Below are positions 32,384-41,924 of a DNA stretch of 58,278 nucleotides, piece after piece. The notes under the pieces were generated by a model, which was not told where the DNA came from, ran no database searches, and saw only the letters and a list, made by a program, of their open reading frames with translations. The DNA is from Thermoanaerobaculia bacterium (GTDB lineage: Bacteria; Acidobacteriota; Thermoanaerobaculia; Multivoradales; JAHEKO01), in contig JAWWBN010000001.1 of NCBI GenBank assembly GCA_033720955.1, positions 1-58,278 on the forward strand. Reading direction: 5' to 3'. Made by a program: the position numbers and the translations under genes. Within the stretch, counting starts at the first letter, position 1; every line of letters begins with the position of its first letter.

Positions 32384-33643
32384 ATGTCCACGGCGGTCGA
32401 GGAGACGGCGAGCGAGAGGCGGCCCCGCTTCGACGTGGAGCGGGTCCGCCGCGACTTCCCGGCCCTCTTCCTGACCGTCCACGGGAAGCCGCTGGCCTAC
32501 CTGGACAACGCCGCCACCGCCCACAAGCCGGGCACGGTGATCGAGGCCGAGGCCCGCTTCTACCGCGAGGCCAACGCCAACGTGCACCGCGGCGTGCACG
32601 CCCTCTCCCTCAAGGCGACCATCGCCTACGAGGAGGCGAGGGAGAAGGCGGCCGGGTTCCTCGGCGCCGAGTCGCTCTCCGAGATCGTCTTCGTGCGCGG
32701 CGCCACCGAGGCGATCAATCTGGTGGCGGCGACCCACGGCCGCCAGCGGGTGGGCGCCGGCGACGAGATCGTGGTGACGGCGATGGAGCACCACTCCAAC
32801 ATCGTGCCCTGGCAGCTCCTGTGCGAGGAGAAGGGGGCGCGTCTCAAGGTGGCGCCGATCGACGACGCCGGCCAGCTCGTGGCCGGCGGGCTCGAGGAGC
32901 TGCTGACCGACCGCACCCGGATCGTCGCCCTGGTCCACGTCTCGAACGCCCTCGGCACCGTCAACCCGGTGCGCGAGCTGACCGCCGCGGCGCACGAGGC
33001 GGGCGCCACCGTGGTGGTGGACGGCGCCCAGGCGGCGCCGCACATGCCAGTGGACGTGGCCGAGCTGGGCTGTGACTTCTACGCCGTCTCCGGCCACAAG
33101 GCGTTCGGTCCCACCGGCATCGGCCTGCTCTGGGGGCGCGCCGATCTGCTGCGGGAGATGCCCCCGTACCAGGGCGGCGGCGAGATGATCCGCTCGGTGA
33201 GCTTCGAGCGCTCCGAGTACGCCGACCCGCCGGCGCGGTTCGAGGCCGGGACCCCCAACATCGCCGGAGCGGTGGGGCTGGGGGCGGCCCTCGACTACCT
33301 CGGAGCGCTGGACTGGGCGGGGGTGGCCGAGCACGAGGAGGCCCTCCTGGCCCACGCCACCGAGGCCCTGGAGCAGCTCCCCGGCCTGTCGATCATCGGC
33401 AGGGCGGAGAGGAAGGCCGCCGTGGTCTCGTTCGTCCTCGACGGCGTGCACGCCCACGACGTCGGCACCATCGTGGACCGCGAGGGGGTGGCGGTGCGAA
33501 CCGGACACCACTGCGCCCAGCCGGTGATGGAGCGCTTCGGCGTGCCCGCCACCACCCGGGCGTCGTTCGCCTTCTACAACTCCCACGAGGAGGTGGACCG
33601 TCTGGTGGCGGCGCTCGCCAAGGTGCGCGAGGTCTTCGCCTGA
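32384..33643 (+). CDS. sufS: cysteine desulfurase SufS (class II)
   Basis: PLP lysine 'SGHKAFGPTGIG'. Catalytic Cys 'RTGHHCAQP'. Confidence 0.95.
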   Translation: MSTAVEETASERRPRFDVERVRRDFPALFLTVHGKPLAYLDNAATAHKPGTVIEAEARFYREANANVHRGVHALSLKATIAYEEAREKAAGFLGAESLSEIVFVRGATEAINLVAATHGRQRVGAGDEIVVTAMEHHSNIVPWQLLCEEKGARLKVAPIDDAGQLVAGGLEELLTDRTRIVALVHVSNALGTVNPVRELTAAAHEAGATVVVDGAQAAPHMPVDVAELGCDFYAVSGHKAFGPTGIGLLWGRADLLREMPPYQGGGEMIRSVSFERSEYADPPARFEAGTPNIAGAVGLGAALDYLGALDWAGVAEHEEALLAHATEALEQLPGLSIIGRAERKAAVVSFVLDGVHAHDVGTIVDREGVAVRTGHHCAQPVMERFGVPATTRASFAFYNSHEEVDRLVAALAKVREVFA

Positions 33644-34098
33644 TGTCGGGTCTCGAGGACCTCTACCAGGAGGTGATCCTGGACCACAGCCGGCGGCCCC
33701 GCAACTCGGGCGCGCTGCCCGACGCCGGGGCCAGCGCGGAGGGCTACAACCCGCTCTGCGGCGACCGCGTCAGGGTGCATCTGACGACCGACGGCGACCG
33801 CATCGAGGAGATCCGCTTCGAGGGCGTGGGCTGCGCCATCTCCACCGCCTCGGCCTCGCTGATGACCGAGGTGGTGAAGGGAAAGAGGGTGGCGGAGGCC
33901 CTCGATCTCCACCAGCGCTTTCACGAGCTGCTGACCGGCGACCCCTCCGTCCGCGAGGTGGCGGGACCCGAGCTGGGCAAGCTGGCGGTGTTCTCGGGCG
34001 TCAGGGAGTTCCCGGTGAGGGTCAAGTGCGCTACTCTCCCCTGGCACACCCTGAAGCAGGCTCTGGCCGAAGGCCGCGGCTCGGTCTCGACCGAGTAG
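33643..34098 (+). CDS. sufU: SUF system NifU-family scaffold/sulfur-transfer protein SufU
   Basis: 'NPLCGD', 'GVGCAIS' and 'VKCATLPW' are conserved Cys motifs. The ATG overlaps the sufS stop (TGATG). Confidence 0.9.
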   Translation: MSGLEDLYQEVILDHSRRPRNSGALPDAGASAEGYNPLCGDRVRVHLTTDGDRIEEIRFEGVGCAISTASASLMTEVVKGKRVAEALDLHQRFHELLTGDPSVREVAGPELGKLAVFSGVREFPVRVKCATLPWHTLKQALAEGRGSVSTE

Positions 34099-34163
34099 GC
34101 CGACGGCCCTGCGAGCCCCCACCGTTGACGTAGAATCCCGACCTTTCCGCCTCGACGCGCCCG

Positions 34164-35975
<1,812 letters not shown>

Positions 35976-35982
35976 CCGGGCC

Positions 35983-37626
35983 ATGCGGGGCCTCGAGCGG
36001 GGCTTGGTTCTGGCGCTGGCCGCCCTGGTCGCCGGGTGCGGCCCGCAGGGGAACGACGACCGCTCCGCGCCCCTGCCCGCCACCCGCGGGGTGATCCTCA
36101 TCTCGATCGACGCCCTGGGCGCCAAACATCTGGGCGCCTACGGCGGGCCGGAAGGAGTGAGCCCCTTCCTCGACGCCCTGGCGGAGCGCGCGCTGGTCTT
36201 CGAGCGGGCCGCGGTCCAGTACCCCTCGACCCTCACCTCCCACCTGTCGATCCTCACCGGCCTCTATCCGGCGGAGCACGGGGTCTATCCGCCGTCGAGC
36301 GTCCTGGCGGAGACGATCCCGACCCTGCCCGAGCTCTTCCAGGCGGCCGGCTACCGCACCGCCGGGCACACCGAAGGCGGCTTCATGGCGGGCGGCTTCG
36401 GCTTCGCCCGCGGCTTCGACGTCTTCACCGACACCCCCCACCAGGACGAGACCGACGTCGAGCGGACCTTCAGCCGGGGGATCGACTTTCTCGGCTCGCT
36501 CGCGCCGCGCGAGAAGTTCTTCCTCTTTCTCCACACCTACGCCGTCCACGACCCCTACGACCCGCCGGCGGAGTTCCGGGGGGCCGTCGAGCCGGCCGTC
36601 GGGCCGCCGCCCACCGGGCCCGAGATCCGGCGGCTCAACGACTCCGGCGAGCCCCTCGATCCGGCCCTGGTGGAGCGCTACCGCCGGCTCTACCGGGGCT
36701 CGGTCCGCTACGTGGACTCGCTGCTCGAGAAGCTCTTCGGCGAGCTCGAGCGTCTCCGGCTGCTGCACGAGACCACGGTGGTGGTCACCTCCGACCACGG
36801 CGAGGAGTTCGGCGAGCACGGCCGGCTGGGCCATGCCCAGCTCTACCCCGAGCACCTCTTCGTGCCGCTCGTCGTGGTCCATCCCGCCGTCGCCGGGGCG
36901 GTGCGTGTCTCCACTCTGGTGGAGAGCCTCGACCTGGCGCCCACCCTGCTCGACCTGCAGGGGATCGACCTGCCCGAAGGGGGCATGTCGGGCAGGAGCC
37001 TGCTGCCCCTCTTGCGCGAGCCGCGGACGCCGCGCCCGGCCCGGGCCTACGCCGAGATGGTGGAGGAGCGGCGGCACCGTACCCTCCTGGACGACGGCCC
37101 GGAGGGGCTCTGGCAGCTCCTGGTCTCCGAGCCGCACGCCGATCCGGAGGGGGTCTGGCTCGGCGGAGCCCCAGCCGTCTTCGACGTCTGGTCGACTCCC
37201 CTCACGCTGCGCGCGCGCTCTTTCGACCGGGAGCGGCGGGTTGCCATCGCGGGGCCGTCGGGGGCGCTGGGCGAACGCGGCCTCGGGCCGGAGTGGCAGG
37301 AGTGGCGGCTCGACCTGTCGGGTCAGGAGCTGCCGGTCCGGCTGACCCTCTCGGCGGACGGCTGCGCGAGCCCCGAGGAGCTCGGCCTCTCGGACGACGC
37401 CCGCTGCCTGGCCGTCCAGCTCGCCCGCCCGCCGCTCTGGCTGACCGAGCTCTACCACCTGGCCGGCGACCCGGAGGCCCGGACACCGGTCCGAGACCCG
37501 GAGCGGCTCTCCTCCCTGGCCCGGCGGCTTTCGGGGCTCGAGTTCGTTCCGCGCGCCCACGGCGTCGCCAGCGAGCTCTCTGAAGAGACCGTGCGAACCC
37601 TGAGGGCGCTCGGCTACCTCGAGTAG
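35983..37626 (+). CDS. sulfatase-like hydrolase/transferase (alkaline-phosphatase superfamily) lipoprotein
   Basis: Lipobox 'LVAGC'. 'ILISIDALGAKHLG' is the metal site. 'YPSTLTSHLSILTGLYP' occupies the place of the C/S-x-P-x-R formylglycine motif, which is absent. 'VVVTSDHGEEFGEHG'. Confidence 0.8.
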   Translation: MRGLERGLVLALAALVAGCGPQGNDDRSAPLPATRGVILISIDALGAKHLGAYGGPEGVSPFLDALAERALVFERAAVQYPSTLTSHLSILTGLYPAEHGVYPPSSVLAETIPTLPELFQAAGYRTAGHTEGGFMAGGFGFARGFDVFTDTPHQDETDVERTFSRGIDFLGSLAPREKFFLFLHTYAVHDPYDPPAEFRGAVEPAVGPPPTGPEIRRLNDSGEPLDPALVERYRRLYRGSVRYVDSLLEKLFGELERLRLLHETTVVVTSDHGEEFGEHGRLGHAQLYPEHLFVPLVVVHPAVAGAVRVSTLVESLDLAPTLLDLQGIDLPEGGMSGRSLLPLLREPRTPRPARAYAEMVEERRHRTLLDDGPEGLWQLLVSEPHADPEGVWLGGAPAVFDVWSTPLTLRARSFDRERRVAIAGPSGALGERGLGPEWQEWRLDLSGQELPVRLTLSADGCASPEELGLSDDARCLAVQLARPPLWLTELYHLAGDPEARTPVRDPERLSSLARRLSGLEFVPRAHGVASELSEETVRTLRALGYLE

Positions 37627-37649
37627 CCGGATCGCCGCGGATCTTCCGG
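37627..37649. terminator. hairpin between convergent genes (possible bidirectional terminator)
   Basis: CCGGATC-gccgcg-GATC(tt)CCGG lies directly after the sulfatase-like gene stop and 36 nt from the metallophosphoesterase stop. Confidence 0.35.
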
Positions 37650-37685
37650 ACGAGGCTCCCGACCGTGTCGTGGGCGGGCGGGCAG

Positions 37686-38444
37686 CTAGGGCGAGAGCTC
37701 CGCGGGGCCGAAGAGGTCGAGCATCTGGCGCTCGGTGGGCGGCTCCAGGATCTGCCGGGAGGCGAACTCGGCGGCGCCGGGGAAGCCGGTCGCCCGGACC
37801 CTCCGGGCGGCCCGGTCGAGGTCGTACTCCGTCCGCCGCAGCTCGACCCCGGGCCCCAGGGCGAGCCAGTAGGCGCCGGGGGGGCCGAAGGGCATCCCCA
37901 CGCTGCCGGCGTTGACCACCCGCAGACCGCCCACCCGGCGGTCGAACTGCATGTGGGTGTGGCCGCAGACGAGGAGGGCGGCGTCGACGCCCGCGAAGAC
38001 CGGCAGCAGCACCGCCTCGGAGGTCAGCCGGGTGAAGATCTCGACGTCGTTGCGCGGGGTGGCATGACAGAAGAGGACCCGCCCCAGACCGTCGATCTCG
38101 AGTTCGACGGTCGCCGGCCAGGAGCCGATCGTGCGGGCGCCGTCGTCGTCCAGCCTCCCCGCGACCCAGTCTAGCTGGGCGCGCCGCGCTTCCGGCTGGC
38201 CCCGGTACCACTTCGTTTCGCGGCCCTGCCGCCGGGCGACCACCTCGCGGTCGGTGTTGCCCACCAGGAAGCGCGCCGGGGTCTCGAGCTCCGTGAGCCG
38301 GGCCAGGCTGCGGACCGGCATCGGGCCGAAGACCACGTCCCCGCCCACCACGACCCGGTCAAAGCCCTCGCGCCCGATCTCCTCGAGCGCCGCCTCGAGG
38401 GCCGGCAGATTGCCGTGGACGTCGTAGAGGGCTGCGACACGCAT
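37686..38444 (-). CDS. metallophosphoesterase family protein
   Basis: Start at ATG 38444 (MRVAALYDVHGN). Motifs 'DVHGN', 'GGDVV', 'GNTD' and 'CGHTH' are present. Confidence 0.85.
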   Translation of the reverse strand: MRVAALYDVHGNLPALEAALEEIGREGFDRVVVGGDVVFGPMPVRSLARLTELETPARFLVGNTDREVVARRQGRETKWYRGQPEARRAQLDWVAGRLDDDGARTIGSWPATVELEIDGLGRVLFCHATPRNDVEIFTRLTSEAVLLPVFAGVDAALLVCGHTHMQFDRRVGGLRVVNAGSVGMPFGPPGAYWLALGPGVELRRTEYDLDRAARRVRATGFPGAAEFASRQILEPPTERQMLDLFGPAELSP

Positions 38445-38551
38445 TCGCGGGCTCCGGCGCGGGGGGACCCCGGAGGGGGCCCTGGCACCGAGCCTACGAC
38501 ATGCAGGACGGGGGCGAACAGGGCCGTATCGGCGCGAGGCGGACCGGACGG

Positions 38552-38592
38552 AAAAAGGCGACGGACCGACCTCTCGCGGCCGGTCCGCCGTC
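38552..38592 (-). terminator. rho-independent terminator (stem-loop + U5) with no upstream CDS
   Basis: The minus-strand RNA reads GACGGCGGACCG-gccgcgagaggu-CGGUCCGUCGCC-UUUUU. 11 of 12 stem positions pair (one is a G-U). The U5 tract follows the stem directly. It lies ~107 nt upstream of the metallophosphoesterase ATG. Confidence 0.6.
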
Positions 38593-38787
38593 AGGGGAAG
38601 CTGGGGGACGCCCACGGCTCCACGCGGCAGGCGTGAGTCACAGGCGCGCCGCCGGCCGAAGGGTTACGCGCGGGTGAGCGCGGCGCGGTAGAGTAACCGC
38701 CACCCCCGATCAGTCTCGGCAGGACCTCCGGCCGCGCGGCGCGGGTCGTCGCCGCCGTCGCCGGACAGGCACCGGAAGGAGAAAGCC

Positions 38788-40674
38788 ATGCCCCGAGCCC
38801 TCGGCGTTTCCTCTCGCACCGCGCGGCTGCTCGTCGCCGTGGTCTTCGGCGCAACGGTCGCCGGCTGCACGGCCATCGCGGAGAGGGTGGCCCAGCATCT
38901 GGTCGAGAAGGACGTCAAGAAGCTGGACCACGACTTCGAGCTCTTCGAAGGCGACCTGGCCCTCTTCCGAAAGTGTCTGGGCGAGCGCGGGGGAAGCTGC
39001 CAGGGCGCGGGCGCCACCGCGCTGCCCCACTCCACCCAGGAGGGGGCGACGATCCAGCCGACGGCGCCGGGCTCGAGCGCCACCCTGGCCGAGTCGGTGG
39101 CCAGGCTGCCGTCCGGTCACCCCGCCCGGACCGCGCACGCGGTGCTGCCGCACCCGGTGGTTCGCCAGGCCGCCGCCCTCCACGATCACCTCCGCGGCGT
39201 GCCGCCGGCCGCCGGCAGCGGTCTCGCCGTCGAGAGCGGCACCTCCGCCGCCGGCGGGCGCAGCAGCACCGTCACCCTGGAGCTGCCGATCGGCCGCAGC
39301 GAGGAGCTTCACGACGGCCTCCTGTCCAGTACCGGAAACGGCGGCTGGGAGGCGCTTCACGACCACTGCCGAGGGCTCCTCGAGCGCGACTCCGGCGGTG
39401 CCGACCGCTCGCGGCTGGAGGCGGACTGCCGCCGGATCGCCTTCATCCGCGGCTATCTCGCCGCCTACTTTCGGAAGGGAGAGTTCGTGGAGGTGGACGT
39501 CGAGCTCGCCGGCGCCATCCGGGCCGTCAACCGGGGCGCCCGGGAGGTCGAGACGTCCCTCGACGGCCTGAAGGGGGAGATCGCGCGGCTCGAGGCGGAG
39601 GTCGGCGCGGCCGAGAAGGAGGCGCTGCAGAAGACGAGCGCCGACGCCGCCGCGATCGCCTCGGAGGTGGAGGCGCTGATCAGCCGGGTCGAAGGGCAGA
39701 TCGTGCGGCGCTACGGAGCCCGGGCGCGGCGCATCTTCGAGGGCCTGGCGGGTCTCACGAGGAAGCTGGCCGACGCGGCCCGGAAGCTGGCCGAGAGCGC
39801 CGAGGCGGAGCTGGCCCAGGAGGTCGAAAGCGCCCTGGCCGCGGTGGACCGGGCGCTGGACGAGGTCCAGCGGCAGCTCGGGGAGCTGGAGACCGAGGTG
39901 GGCGACGTGGACGAGAAGGTGGTGGCCGAGATCGACGACGAGCTGGGCAGGGCGGACAGGGCGCTGAGCAACGTCTTCAAGGTGACCCGGACGGGCTTCG
40001 TCTCGCGGGACGCGACCTTCCAGGCGCGGCTGCCCACCCTGCAGGTGGTCCTCGACCCCACCGTGCGGCGGCTCATCACGGTCGAGGACGTGGACACGGG
40101 CCAGACCCTGACGGGCGCCTCGGACCTGGCCGACCTGGGGGTGGCCACCGACGCCTCGGGGGTCGGGACCGGCAGCTCGATCGGCGCGGAGATCGTGCGC
40201 GTCTTCCTGGAGGCGATCTTCGACGCCGGGGAGGGGCTCCCGGCCGTGGCCGCGCCGAACGCCCCGCGACCCACCGGGCTCGACCTGGGACCGTTCTCGC
40301 TGCCCCTGTTCACCTCGCCCATGGGCAACGTGGACGCCGGCGACCTCACGCGGATGACCCACACCAACGACCAGGTCGCCGCCCGCACGCGAGCCATCAC
40401 CGCCCGCGTGATCGCCGGCATCGGCCCCTTCAGCCTGAACAACGCGGCGCTGGAGGACTTCCTGGTGGAGATCATCGCCACCAGCGTCCGCAAGGCCACC
40501 GCCAAGGCCACCTGGTGCTGGTATGCCTGCAACCTGGACGTGGACCTGGCGACCCTCGGGCGGGACGCCGATACCGCGGTCGACGACAAGGTGGACCAGG
40601 AGAAGCGGAGGATCGACCGCTACTTCGACGAGAGGGCCGAGAAGGTGCGGCTGCGGCTGCGGCTGAGCGAGTGA
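38788..40674 (+). CDS. hypothetical 628-aa lipoprotein with a central coiled-coil
   Basis: The ATG follows GGAAGGAGAAAG. Lipobox 'ATVAGC'. Residues ~250-400 are E/A/L/R heptad-like. GC3 is very high. I recognise no domain. Confidence 0.75.
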   Translation: MPRALGVSSRTARLLVAVVFGATVAGCTAIAERVAQHLVEKDVKKLDHDFELFEGDLALFRKCLGERGGSCQGAGATALPHSTQEGATIQPTAPGSSATLAESVARLPSGHPARTAHAVLPHPVVRQAAALHDHLRGVPPAAGSGLAVESGTSAAGGRSSTVTLELPIGRSEELHDGLLSSTGNGGWEALHDHCRGLLERDSGGADRSRLEADCRRIAFIRGYLAAYFRKGEFVEVDVELAGAIRAVNRGAREVETSLDGLKGEIARLEAEVGAAEKEALQKTSADAAAIASEVEALISRVEGQIVRRYGARARRIFEGLAGLTRKLADAARKLAESAEAELAQEVESALAAVDRALDEVQRQLGELETEVGDVDEKVVAEIDDELGRADRALSNVFKVTRTGFVSRDATFQARLPTLQVVLDPTVRRLITVEDVDTGQTLTGASDLADLGVATDASGVGTGSSIGAEIVRVFLEAIFDAGEGLPAVAAPNAPRPTGLDLGPFSLPLFTSPMGNVDAGDLTRMTHTNDQVAARTRAITARVIAGIGPFSLNNAALEDFLVEIIATSVRKATAKATWCWYACNLDVDLATLGRDADTAVDDKVDQEKRRIDRYFDERAEKVRLRLRLSE

Positions 40675-40748
40675 GCACAGGTCGCCGGAGAGGATCTCGG
40701 GGACGGCTCGCCGATCCGCTCGGAGGCCGCACGGCTAGACTTCCCGGC

Positions 40749-41819
40749 ATGCGGTGGCTCGTCGCTCTCGCCCTCGTGGCCACCCCCCCGGTCGGCGCCG
40801 CCGACCTCGACGCCCCGTTCGCTGAGCGCTTCGCGCAGCTCGCCCTCGACTGCATGCATCGCGAGTACCCGAACAAGATCGCGCACGTGCTGCGGAGCGA
40901 CGACGACGTGCGGCCGCCGCGGCAGCTCACTCCGGCCTTCTTCGGCTGCTACGACTGGCACTCCGCGGTCCACGGGCACTGGCTGCTGGTGCGTCTGGCG
41001 CGCAGCTCTCCCGACGCGCCCTTCGCCGCCCCGGCTCTGGCGGCCGTGGACAGCACTCTCACGCCGGAGAAGATCGCGGGCGAGGTGGCCTACCTCGAGG
41101 GAGAGGGCCGCACCTCCTTCGAGCGGCCGTACGGCCTCGCCTGGCTGCTGCAGCTCGCCGCCGAGGTGCGAGAGTGGGACGAGCCGCGGGCTCGACGGTG
41201 GGCCGCCACCCTCGCGCCGCTGGAGCAGGCCGCCGCGGACCGCCTCGCGGAGTGGCTCCCCAAGCTCGACTACGCCATCCGGGTCGGCGAGCACTCGCAG
41301 ACCGCCTTCGCCTTCGGCCTCATCCTGGACTGGGCGCGGGCCGCCGGCGACGAGGAGATGGAGCGCCTCATCGCCGAGCGGGTGCGGCGCTTCTACCTCG
41401 GAGACGAGGCCTGCCCGCTCCACTATGAGCCCGGGGGTCAGGACTTCCTCTCGCCCTGCCTGGCGGAGGCGGATCTGGTGCGCCGCCTCCTGGGCGCCGA
41501 GGAGTTCGCGGATTGGCTTGGCCGCTTCCTCCCGGGGATCCCGTCCGACGGCAGCCCCTGGGCCCTGGCGCCGGCCGTGGTCTCCGACCGCTCCGACCCC
41601 AAGCTGGCCCACCTGGACGGCCTCAACCTGAGCCGGGCCTGGATGCTCGAGGGGATCGCCGCCGGCCTGCCCTCGGAGGATCCGCGCAGACCGGCGCTTC
41701 GGGGGGCCGCCGCCGAGCACCGCGCCGCGGGCCTCGAGGGGGTGACCGGCGAGCACTACGAGGGCGGACATTGGCTGGGCAGCTTCGCGGTCTACCTGTT
41801 GACCGGCCGCGGGCTCTGA
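40749..41819 (+). CDS. DUF2891 family protein (secreted)
   Basis: 'FFGCYDWHSAVHGHWLL', 'ERPYGLAWLL' and 'GEHSQTAFA' are present, and length is 356 aa. The N-terminus is signal-like. Confidence 0.8.
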   Translation: MRWLVALALVATPPVGAADLDAPFAERFAQLALDCMHREYPNKIAHVLRSDDDVRPPRQLTPAFFGCYDWHSAVHGHWLLVRLARSSPDAPFAAPALAAVDSTLTPEKIAGEVAYLEGEGRTSFERPYGLAWLLQLAAEVREWDEPRARRWAATLAPLEQAAADRLAEWLPKLDYAIRVGEHSQTAFAFGLILDWARAAGDEEMERLIAERVRRFYLGDEACPLHYEPGGQDFLSPCLAEADLVRRLLGAEEFADWLGRFLPGIPSDGSPWALAPAVVSDRSDPKLAHLDGLNLSRAWMLEGIAAGLPSEDPRRPALRGAAAEHRAAGLEGVTGEHYEGGHWLGSFAVYLLTGRGL

Positions 41820-41924
41820 GCCGCGCGAGCTCCTGGCCCGCCACGCCGCCTCGGCGGCAGGGTGAACAGCGGCAGGTGCAGACGCGCTCTGGCTGCGGGC
41901 CGGGCGTCCAAGGCGCCGAGAAGC

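Noticed and set aside
38591-38854. An 87-aa minus-strand ORF that ends exactly at the orphan terminator, which could have explained the terminator as the end of a small gene.
   Set aside because: The product (MRRRPRRRAAARCERKRRGLG...) is Arg/Ala/Pro-rich without features. Its first 67 nt are antisense to the start of the well-supported lipoprotein gene. There is no internal ATG and no SD. I consider an RNA-level explanation more likely, but I have not excluded a small protein.
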